A DNA stretch of 64,000 nt from Eledone cirrhosa (lineage: Eukaryota). Both the position numbers and the translations under genes were made by a program. How positions within the stretch are numbered: the stretch's first letter is position 1; the number at the start of each line of letters is the position of its first letter. A model generated the notes under the pieces. That model searched no databases and was not told the DNA's origin. It was given only the letters and a program-made list of their open reading frames with translations. The DNA is taken from positions 82,522,001 to 82,586,000 of the forward strand of contig OZ024745.1 in assembly GCA_964016885.1 (NCBI GenBank), given 5' to 3'. Below, one piece after another: positions 1 to 9,135 of the stretch.

Positions 1-3000
1 ATAAAACGCGACAAAATAAGGTAGATGTCTAATGATGAAATCTCATACCGGATCGGCCGTCACCCGGGTAAAAAAGGGCCGCGTCCCTCAGAGAGGAACC
101 AGACTGGGGTCGAAAAATCAGCTAATGGTTCAAACCTTCCCATCACTTCGGAGCTGGAGACCTCCCATAACCGGAATACTCCTACTGTTGGCCCTCCATG
201 CTCACCACCAAGAAATCCAAAGAAAAAGAGAGAAAAATGGTCAAGGGAAGATAATAAAGAAGTCCTTGAGGCTTTCTACACTGCCATGTACTACCCATCA
301 AATACATCGAATACAGAGCAAACATATATCAACTGGAAAAAGAAACATCCCGAAAACAGAGGCTATATTGACAGTAACAAACTAGCCAATATACGAAGAA
401 ATATTGTAAGAAAAAAGTTACTAACTGATATAGAAATTGATCAGATCAAGCTAGTAGCACAAAGTCAGCGAAGGGAAAATGAAGCATGTGTCAGTGAAAA
501 CGAGGTAAACTGTAACACTTCGAATCCCAGAGTTGGGGCGGAATCACTGGCAACAGAACAAATTAAAGAAAGGAGCGAAAAAGTGGAGGGAGTGCATGCT
601 CAGGATGAAACTCCAAATGAAAATAATGAGATCGTAAATGATAAAGAAATGAATGAGAATGAACTTGCCAACTTGAAGGATGAAATTATGATCGAATGGA
701 TGAAAATGAAAGAATCTGACATGGGGGAACGAGACACCCTCCCTAAGATCCAGAACTCCAAACAGAACCAAAAGATAATACACAAGACTAACATAATTCT
801 CAAAAACATTATCATCACAAACAAAATAAACATTACTGACTTAAATCATCTCTATTATGCATCGGCTAAAGTCACCACTCACTTATGTGGAGTGAAGATG
901 AAAAAACAAAGGAATTCCCACAAGAAATCTACTTGGCAAGATAACATCAATCGCCAAATAAACCTTCTCCGATCTGACATAGAAATTTTAACAAACTATA
1001 AAGTAGGTGAACATGTTAAACAAACTAAACTTAGAAAATTGAATAAAAAGTACAGTATAAGATCAACATGTGACATAGACATGCTGATAGAAACAATCAA
1101 GCAAAAAGTGTCGGCCAAAGCTGCTCGTATAAGGCGCTTTGAAAAACGATCTAGATTCTATAAGGACAATAATATGTTCAAAAACAACCAAAGAAACTTC
1201 TACAGAAAAATTGGTAAGTCAACAATAACTGCTAAATCAATACCACCCAAGGAGGAAGTGCAAGAATTCTGGGAAAAGATCTGGGCCGAAGAAAAAGTTC
1301 ATAACATACATGCCCCATGGATAGACAGACAAATGAAAGAAACAGCTCACCTTGAAGAACAAACATGGGAAAATATAACAGTTGAACAGCTGCGCTTGGC
1401 TCTAAGAAAAACCAGCAAATGGAAATCCCCAGGAAAAGACAAAATACAAAACTTTTGGATAAATGCCTTCACAGAGTCTCATGAGCTGTTAGCCCAACTT
1501 TACAATGAAATAGTTAAGGAGCCAGAAAAGATACCATCATGGCTAGTTAACGGCATTACATTCCTGCTACCGAAGAATGATGAGACAAACAATCCCAAAA
1601 ATTACAGACCGATAACCTGCTTGACCACAATGTATAAAATTTTAACATCAGTCCTAACTGAATACACATATGACCACCTGATAACAAATGACCTATTTCC
1701 CATTGAGCAGAAAGGGTGTAAACGGGGCTCATATGGCTGTAAGGATCAGCTTCTGGTTAACAAAATGATACTGGAAGATTGTCATAATAGACACAAAAAT
1801 CTATCGATTGCTTGGATAGATTATAAAAAAGCATTTGATAGTTTGCCACACAGTTGGATTGAAAAATGTTTAGAGATTTTCAAAATATCCCCCGTTGTCA
1901 GGAGGTTTTTGTCATTCAGTATGAGGACATGGAGAACGACACTCCTTTTGAATAGTGAAACAAAATCACTGGAAGCTGGAGAAGTTAACATTAATTGTGG
2001 AATTTTTCAGGGTGACTCTTTATCACCGCTTTTATTCTGCATCGCACTTATACCATTAAGTAAAATGCTCAATAAAACAAAACATGGATATAGAGTCTAT
2101 GACAAAACCATTAATCACCTGTTCTACATGGATGACCTGAAACTATTTGCAAAAAATGATGAACAATTGCAAGGGCTATTATCCACTGTGAAGCAGTTCA
2201 GTGATGACATTAAAATGGAGTTTGGACTGGATAAATGCGCCAAAGCAACGTTCACCAGAGGAAAGCTGCTGAAGAGTTCAGACATTAATCTTGATCGGGG
2301 GAACGTGATAAGAGAGCTTGATCAAGAACAAACTTACAAATATCTAGGTGTTTGTGAAGGAGACGGAATCAAGCACTCGACAATGAGGGAAAGGATAAGG
2401 AAGGAATGTTACCGCAGAGTCAGAGCAATCTTAAGAACGGAATTGAATGCAAGGAATAGGATCGATGCCATAAACACGCTTGCCATACCAGTAGTAACCT
2501 ACAGTTACAATGTCATCAACTGGTCAAGCACAGAGATCCGTAGGCTCGATACAAAAATCCGAAAATTCTTAACCATGCACAGAATGCATCACCCTAAGGC
2601 AGACATAGATAGAATATATCTCCCTAGGAAAGAAGGAGGACGTGGGTTAATCCAGTTAGACATTGCGTTGAAAACTGCAACAATTGGATTATCCACATAT
2701 CTAAGGGAATCACATGATTGGATGATCAAACTCGTTTTGAAACACGAAAGCACCAAAAGATCATATTCCATTACAAAAGATGCACAAAGATACAGTAATG
2801 GACTACAAATTTCAGAAGTCCCATTTACTGCTGAAATGGAAAACACAGAAAAAGCAAAGCAGGTAAAAGTAACTGCAAAGAAAGAACTGCTACAGAAACT
2901 GGCTAAGAAATGGCAAGAAAAGCCTCTGTATGGAAAATACCCAGAGCGAGCTAACAATCCTGATGTTGACAAAACTTTAACCCATCAGTGGTTGGCATCC

Positions 3001-3841
3001 TCTGGACTGAAATCGGAGACTGAAGGACTGATTATATCCGCACAAGATCAGTGTCTGCCAACAAAAAATTACCAAGCCAACATAATAAAAAATGGGTGCA
3101 GCCCACTATGCCGTGTATGCAAAAAACAACCAGAGACCATTGACCATATAATTTCAATGTGCAGTCCTATAGCTCCAACCGAATACCTAAACAGACATGA
3201 CAGAGCTGCACAATACATACATTGGATAATGTGTAAGCATTTTGACCTGCCCCATCAAAAGAATTGGTGGGAGCATCAACCACCTCCCATACTTGAAAAA
3301 GATCACATCTCAATCTTGTGGAACTTTAGCATCCAAACAGACCGAAAAATAGATGCAAATAGACCTGATATAATATTGAAGGACTTTCAAAGGAGGGTAT
3401 GCCTGCTAATTGATATGTCTGTTCCAATAGACAAGAATGTATCTATAAAAACATTTGAAAAATTGAGCAAGTATAAGGACCTGGAGATAGAAATTGGAAA
3501 AATGTGGAAATTGAGAACTAAAACAATACCAGTGGTTGTAGGCGCTCTGGGAATGATACCTAAGGGGTCTAACGACTACTTATCGCAAATCCCAGGAAAC
3601 CCGCGTATAGGAGAAATACAAAAGATAGTACTAATGGGAACTGCCCATATACTAAGGAAGATCCTGTCAATATAAGTACATCACAAGTCTAAACACTAAG
3701 GATGCATGTGTGAATATGTGTGTTCTTTCTTGAACATGGCGGACCTTGTTGTCTCTTGAGGTCACTGGTTGTGACTTGGTGATAACTCGTATAAACATAA
3801 AGCAAGATAAATGCAAATAATAATAATAATAATAATAATAA
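1..3841 (+). mobile_element. R4/Dong-clade non-LTR retrotransposon (single ORF, RT + restriction-like endonuclease), apparently full length, with 3' UTR and (TAA)8 tail/target
   Basis: Single 1216-aa ORF, ~140-bp 3' UTR (3676-3817), then (TAA)8 at 3818-3841. The RT-CCHC-RLE layout and TAA-repeat flank match Dong/R4 elements. The 5' end may lie at or just outside the window edge. Confidence 0.9.
25..3675 (+). CDS. Reverse transcriptase / RLE endonuclease polyprotein of a Dong/R4-like retrotransposon (1216 aa, uninterrupted)
   Basis: RT motifs [54 protein letters not shown]-terminal zinc knuckle CRVCKKQPETIDHIISMC, RHD, and PD..D/K nuclease motif RPDIIL..LIDMSVP..EKLSKY. Confidence 0.93.
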   Translation: MSNDEISYRIGRHPGKKGPRPSERNQTGVEKSANGSNLPITSELETSHNRNTPTVGPPCSPPRNPKKKREKWSREDNKEVLEAFYTAMYYPSNTSNTEQTYINWKKKHPENRGYIDSNKLANIRRNIVRKKLLTDIEIDQIKLVAQSQRRENEACVSENEVNCNTSNPRVGAESLATEQIKERSEKVEGVHAQDETPNENNEIVNDKEMNENELANLKDEIMIEWMKMKESDMGERDTLPKIQNSKQNQKIIHKTNIILKNIIITNKINITDLNHLYYASAKVTTHLCGVKMKKQRNSHKKSTWQDNINRQINLLRSDIEILTNYKVGEHVKQTKLRKLNKKYSIRSTCDIDMLIETIKQKVSAKAARIRRFEKRSRFYKDNNMFKNNQRNFYRKIGKSTITAKSIPPKEEVQEFWEKIWAEEKVHNIHAPWIDRQMKETAHLEEQTWENITVEQLRLALRKTSKWKSPGKDKIQNFWINAFTESHELLAQLYNEIVKEPEKIPSWLVNGITFLLPKNDETNNPKNYRPITCLTTMYKILTSVLTEYTYDHLITNDLFPIEQKGCKRGSYGCKDQLLVNKMILEDCHNRHKNLSIAWIDYKKAFDSLPHSWIEKCLEIFKISPVVRRFLSFSMRTWRTTLLLNSETKSLEAGEVNINCGIFQGDSLSPLLFCIALIPLSKMLNKTKHGYRVYDKTINHLFYMDDLKLFAKNDEQLQGLLSTVKQFSDDIKMEFGLDKCAKATFTRGKLLKSSDINLDRGNVIRELDQEQTYKYLGVCEGDGIKHSTMRERIRKECYRRVRAILRTELNARNRIDAINTLAIPVVTYSYNVINWSSTEIRRLDTKIRKFLTMHRMHHPKADIDRIYLPRKEGGRGLIQLDIALKTATIGLSTYLRESHDWMIKLVLKHESTKRSYSITKDAQRYSNGLQISEVPFTAEMENTEKAKQVKVTAKKELLQKLAKKWQEKPLYGKYPERANNPDVDKTLTHQWLASSGLKSETEGLIISAQDQCLPTKNYQANIIKNGCSPLCRVCKKQPETIDHIISMCSPIAPTEYLNRHDRAAQYIHWIMCKHFDLPHQKNWWEHQPPPILEKDHISILWNFSIQTDRKIDANRPDIILKDFQRRVCLLIDMSVPIDKNVSIKTFEKLSKYKDLEIEIGKMWKLRTKTIPVVVGALGMIPKGSNDYLSQIPGNPRIGEIQKIVLMGTAHILRKILSI

Positions 3842-5101
3842 GACAGTAACAAACTAGCCAATATACGAATAAATATTGTAAGAAAAAAGTTACTAACTGA
3901 TATAGAAATTGATCAGATCAAGCTATTAGCACAAAGTCAGCGAAGGGAAAATGAAACATGTGTCAGTGAAAACGAGGTAAATTGTAACACTTCGAATCCC
4001 AGGGTTGGGGCGGAATCACTGGCAACAGAACAAATTAAAGAAAGGATCGAAAAAGTGGAGGGAGTGCATGCTCAAGATGAAACTCCAAATGAAAATAATG
4101 AGATCGTAAATGATAAAGAAATGAATGAGAATGAACTTGCCAACTTGAAGGATGAAATTATTATCGAATGGATGAAAATGAAAGAATCTGACATGGGGCA
4201 ACGAGACACCCTCCCTAAGATCCAGAACTCCAAACAGAACCAAAAGATAATACACAAGACTAACATCATTCTCAAAAACATTATCATCACAAACAAACTA
4301 AACATTACTGATTTAAATCATCTCTATTATGCATCGGCTAAAGTCACCACTCACTTATGTGGAGTGAAGATGAAAAAACAAAGGAATTCCCACAAGAAAT
4401 CTACTTGGCAAGAGAACATCAATCGCCAAATAAACCTTCTCCGATCTGACATAGAATTTTAACAAACTATAAAGTAGGTGAACATGTTAAACAAACTAAA
4501 CTTAGAAAATTGAAAAGAAAGTACAGTATAAAATCAACAAGTGACATAGACATGCTGATAGAAATAATCAAGCAAAAAGTGTCGGCCAAAGCTGCTCGTA
4601 TAAGGCGCTTTGAAAAACGATCTAGATTCTATAAGGACAATAATATGTTCAAAAACAACCAAAGAAACTTCTACAGAAAAATTGGTAAGTCAACAATAAC
4701 TGCTAAATCAATACCACCCAAGGCGGAAGTGCAAGAATTCTGGGAAAAGATCTGGGCCGAAGAAAAAGTTCATAATATACATGCCCCATGGATAGACAGA
4801 CAAATGAAAGATACAGCTCACCTTGAGGAACAAATATGGGAAATATAACAGTTGAACAGTTGCGTTTGGCTCTTAGAAAAACGAGCAAATGGAAATCCCC
4901 AGGAAAAGACAAAATACAAAATTTGTGGATAAATGCCTTCACAAAGTCTCATGAGCTGTTAGCCCAACTTTACAATGAAATAGTTAAGGAGCCAGAAAAG
5001 ATACCATCATGGATAGTTAACGGCATTACATTCCTGCTACCGAAGAATGATGAGACAAACAATCCCAAAAATTACAGACCGATAACTTGCTTGACCACAA
5101 T
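3842..5101 (+). pseudogene. 5'- and 3'-truncated, frameshifted copy of the same Dong family (equivalent to positions 370-1631)
   Basis: Near-identical to 370-1631 (starts gacagtaacaaactagcc, ends ttgaccacaat). Two 1-nt deletions (~4456, ~4841) split it into ORFs 4055-4462, 4510-4848 and 4836-5123. Confidence 0.92.
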
Positions 5102-5137
5102 TGAAATGAAAAGTCAAAACTGAAACAGTGAATAAAT

Positions 5138-5150
5138 GTATATGTATATA

Positions 5151-5236
<86 letters not shown>
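5138..5236. repeat. (TA)n microsatellite
   Basis: Directly visible. Confidence 0.95.
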
Positions 5237-5239
<3 letters not shown>

Positions 5240-5477
5240 AATCTAGGAGCAGTTTAGGTATGATACACTTTATTACTAATTATATCTAAATGTTTCTTCT
5301 CTCTTCATAATGTATTTTTAACTCTGATACTGGTTCAGTCTAGTTCAACCGGATTGGTCTGTCCCAGTCATTCATTGAGCAACATCGGTGAAGTTGGCAC
5401 CCTTAACTCACGGTTGGGTGCGGATGCATTCATGTATATGTGTGTGTCCGCATGTATCTGTGTGTTTCTAAATATAT

Positions 5478-5512
<35 letters not shown>

Positions 5513-5571
5513 AGTATGTATGTATACGTACATACATATATGTATACAGACGTACAGTAGCATGCATATAT

Positions 5572-5633
<62 letters not shown>

Positions 5634-5814
5634 GCATACAGGTACACATACATATATGCACGCATCAGTTTAGCCGACGTTTATTTTTCAACTTATCGTT
5701 TTCGGTATGCCTGACCGATTTAACTCACTCAATATGCAAATTAGGCTGCTCAGCCGTTAATTTTCATAAGGAAAGTATATACTTTCGAACGTTCAACTAT
5801 CTGGCAGATGGGTA

Positions 5815-5859
5815 AACGGTGCTGATGATAGCTAACAAGCTTGAAACTAGTACATCGTT
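5815..5859 (+). ncRNA. Minimal type I hammerhead ribozyme, copy 1 (predicted cleavage after GUA, nt 5852)
   Basis: AACGGTG-CTGATGA-T AGCT aaca AGCT T-GAAA-CTAG-TA-CATCGTT. Stem I is 7 bp (one G-U), stem II is 4 bp, stem III is the palindrome ACTAGT, and all core nucleotides are present. Confidence 0.85.
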
Positions 5860-6021
5860 CCTGTGTCAGTGTTGAACAAAAAGGTGACGTGGTTGCCTTA
5901 ACACCGTATGGCATAAATTCAGGCTGTTCGCTTTGTTGACAAACAAACGAACAAAGCGGTCGGCGTTATAATAAACGTCGGCTAAACTGATGCGTGCATA
6001 TATGTATGTGTACCTGTATGC

Positions 6022-6107
<86 letters not shown>

Positions 6108-6352
6108 ATATATATGCATGCTACTGTACGTCTGTATACATATATGTATGTACGTATACATACGTACTTACATTTAAGTAAGTGCCATACTAAGAGTGAG
6201 AAATGAAATTTCGTTTTCATTTTTTTCAACTTATCGTTTTCGGTATGCCTGACCGATTTAACTCACTCAATATGCAAATTAGGCTGCTCAGCCGTTAATT
6301 TTCATAAGGAAAGTATATACTTTCGAACGTTCAACTATCTGGCAGATGGGTA

Positions 6353-6397
6353 AACGGTGCTGATGATAGCTAACAAGCTTGAAACTAGTACATCGTT
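6353..6397 (+). ncRNA. Minimal type I hammerhead ribozyme, copy 2 (predicted cleavage after nt 6390)
   Basis: Identical to 5815-5859, 538 bp downstream. Confidence 0.85.
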
Positions 6398-6559
6398 CCT
6401 GTGTCAGTGTTGAACAAAAAGGTGACGTGGTTGCCTTAACACCGTATGGCATAAATTCAGGCTGTTCGCTTTGTTGACAAACGAACGAACAAAGCGGCCG
6501 GCGTTATAATAAACGTCGGCTAAACTGATGCGTGCATATATGTATGTGTACCTGTATGC

Positions 6560-6639
<80 letters not shown>

Positions 6640-6760
6640 ATATATGCATGCTACTGTACGTCTGTATACATATATGTATGTACGTATACATACATACTTA
6701 CATTTAAGTAAGTGCCATACTAAGAGTGAGAAATGAAATTTCGTTTTCATTTTTTCAACT

Positions 6761-6761
<1 letters not shown>

Positions 6762-6809
<48 letters not shown>

Positions 6810-6812
6810 ATA
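6762..6812. repeat. (TA)n(TG)n compound microsatellite
   Basis: Directly visible. Confidence 0.9.
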
Positions 6813-6882
6813 TAAGAAAATCTTTGCTCTATATGGCTGAATACAATAAATGTGATCTGAGATTTTCGAATATTAATAATTG

Positions 6883-6956
6883 TTTCTACTTTAGGCACAA
6901 GGCCAGCAATTACCCAGTGCATTACTGGTACTTTATTTTATCGACCCCGGCGGGAT
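6883..6956 (-). mobile_element. 3' half of a tRNA-derived SINE (same family as 21438-21651), fused to the Tx1-like ORF1 fragment
   Basis: tttctactttaggcacaagg...cccagtg..tactttattttatcgacccc aligns with tttctgatttaggcacgag...cccagtg..tactttattttatcaccc at 21438-21535. Confidence 0.65.
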
Positions 6957-8810
6957 TGTTGTTCAAATTTAATGCTGTGTAGTGTGTATCGTTTTGGTTG
7001 TTCTGTTTTGTTTGCGTTTGTTGTGGCTTTGTTTCTGTTTCGCATTTTGGTGACTTTTGTGGTATAGGTGATGGTGGTGTTGGGGTTAATGATGGTGATG
7101 ATGTTGGTGTTTGGGGGTGATGGGGTTGGTGATGCTGGTGTGGATGGTGGCATGTCTGTCCTAACTTTTTTGTTTGATAGTTTATTTGTTTCCCTCTGTA
7201 TTTTGTTTTTTTATGGGAAGGAAGAGAATTTTTTCTTTTTTCCTGATACCGTTTCCCACTCCTCGTCGTCACAATCTGTCTCCAGTTGTGATAGGCCGGG
7301 GAGTGGAAAATCCTCCACAGGCGTTAGTTTTGGTTGTGGCGTGGTGGATGGTGTAGGCGCTGGTGTTAGTTCTGGCGCGTTGGGTGGTGGTGGTGTTGGT
7401 TTTGCTACTGTTGCTCCGTTGTTGCTGTTACAGTTGCTTCTTTTGTTGCTGCCATCTCTGCTGCTGGTGGTGTTGATGGTTGAGTCACTTGGGTGGGTAA
7501 GAAAGGTGACCTCATCCTTTTAGCCTGAGGGCAGAAAGCCCTTAGGTTGGTTCCTTCACCACAAACGACACACCTAGGCATTCTGCCCTCGACAATTACG
7601 GTGAGGTGGCTGTCGTCAGTGAGGTCTATTACCTCTGGGATCTCCTCAATGCTTTTTTGGTCCGTTTGATCAGGAGCTCCATCCCAGATCCGGACCAGTT
7701 CTCCTGCTTTTCTTTCGCTATTTCTATTATCTTGGCGTTGGCTTCGATGCCGGCGAGGACAGCAGCTATTAGCCAGGGAATTTTGATGGCCGGTGGAACG
7801 TGGGTGATCCTGATCTTTACGAGTCTCTGGCCACAATAGCTTGGGACGAGTGTGAAGTCGTCACTTCTTAATGGAGCCATGAAGTGTTCTCTAGCCTCCT
7901 GTGGTGTTTCAAAGAACACGTCCACGGTTCCATACTTCTGCCCACGTCTGATGTGGGGTTTTTTTTGCCCACACATGTCCCAAAGCTTTTTGGATTTGGG
8001 ACTCGGATGCCCGTTCCACTCGGCGCGATTTTATATTAATTGTTCGATAAGACACGGTGCATAGGCGCCGATGCTCGATTTTATTAGGCGGGGGGCTGAC
8101 CCGGTATCCATCTTTCTTTACCATATTTTTGGCTTCTTCTAATTCCTCCTGAGTTACCTGAAATGCTTCGCACTGTTTTGCTACACAGGCAAAACTCAGG
8201 GTGGTTTTCTTAATGTCATTGTTGCTGTTCTTGTTATCCTTATTTTTGTTATTATTAATTTTAGTTTCAGTCGTGGTGGTGGTGGCGTCAGTGGTGTTCG
8301 GTGTGGAAGAGTTCATTTTGGTTGAATTCATTTCGATATCACGAGTTAATTTATTTTTTTCTTTTGTTTCCGTTGTCGCTGTGGTGGTGGTGGGGGTGCT
8401 GGTTGTCGCGGCGGTGGCGGTGGTCGTGGCGGCTTTAACACCTGCATTCATTGGTAATGGCGGGAAATGAATGTCTGCCTGAGACAAATTTAAACTATTG
8501 CTACTGCTAATATCTTTAGTGTTGGCAAACGTAGTAATATTTACAATGGTGGTGTCGGTGTGAGGTGTTAGTTTGTGAGTAAGGAGTGAATCTGAGTCAG
8601 CCATGATCTTTCAAAGAAAAAATTTTGTTTGATAATTATAAAAGTTTAAATTTTGGGCTCAATCTTTTTGAGCGTCCTTTTCGGAAAACAATGTATGTGC
8701 GCTTATATACAGTTAACAATAAAAATGTTCCATAAATGGCAATTTTTAACAAACGAAAACAACAAACCTTTGCGGAGCTCACGATGTTACGATTTACTAC
8801 GTAGATCGCC
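6957..8810 (-). mobile_element. L1/Tx1-like LINE fragment: 5' UTR plus frameshifted ORF1 only (copy A)
   Basis: ORFs 7909-8604, 7629-7976, 7405-7836 and 6922-7272 (minus) are homologous to ORF1 of the 8849-14830 element (RRVERASESQIQKALG vs HRVERATEAQIQKALG; LVPSYCGQ in both). Degenerate knuckle CVVCGEGTNLRAFC. Begins right after (ATT)n on the minus strand. Confidence 0.75.

Positions 8811-8848
<38 letters not shown>
8811..8848. repeat. (AAT)10 microsatellite plus gataatga, between the two Tx1-like elements
   Basis: Directly visible. Confidence 0.95.
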
Positions 8849-8849
<1 letters not shown>

Positions 8850-9135
8850 TTCTTTATTGGCCACAAGGGCTGACATCAAGAAAAACATCACAGACGGAAC
8901 AGGATGGTACGATGTGGGTTTTGTGCGTGTAAATATTTTTATTATTTATATAAGAAAAGAAAAAAGACATAAAATATATATATATATAAACAATAAAATG
9001 AAAATTGAAACAATGAAAAATTCCCCAATAGGGGGGAAACCTCCGAGGGTTACTCGTGGCGAAAACCACACAAAAGACCACGGCCACCCTGACTACCAGG
9101 GCAAGCGCCCTCTCTCAATTTTTCCATCTCTCAAA

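Larger units (their letters stand above)
5508..6763 (+). mobile_element. Non-coding hammerhead-ribozyme element (retrozyme / Penelope-like pLTR dimer): 5' inverted segment plus two ~538-bp tandem units, inserted in (TA)n
   Basis: caacttat recurs at 5689, 6227 and 6756 (periods 538 and 529). 5508-5685 is the reverse complement of 5970-6173 and 6508-6703. One hammerhead per unit. (TA)n on both flanks. Confidence 0.75.

Noticed and set aside
45-135. HDV-like ribozyme at the 5' end of the Dong element (GC-rich, has GCTAAT followed by ggttc pairing with gaacca)
   Set aside because: I could not assemble the nested P1/P1.1/P2/P3 double pseudoknot by eye. It would need an RNArobo or Infernal search.
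5734-5741. Octamer motif ATGCAAAT (also at 6272 and 3811)
   Set aside because: An 8-mer in AT-rich repeat DNA with no supporting snRNA gene or promoter context.
5354-6982. YIYIYI / VCVC-type ORFs here and at 21926-24901
   Set aside because: They are translations of (TA)n, (TG)n and (CA)n microsatellites.
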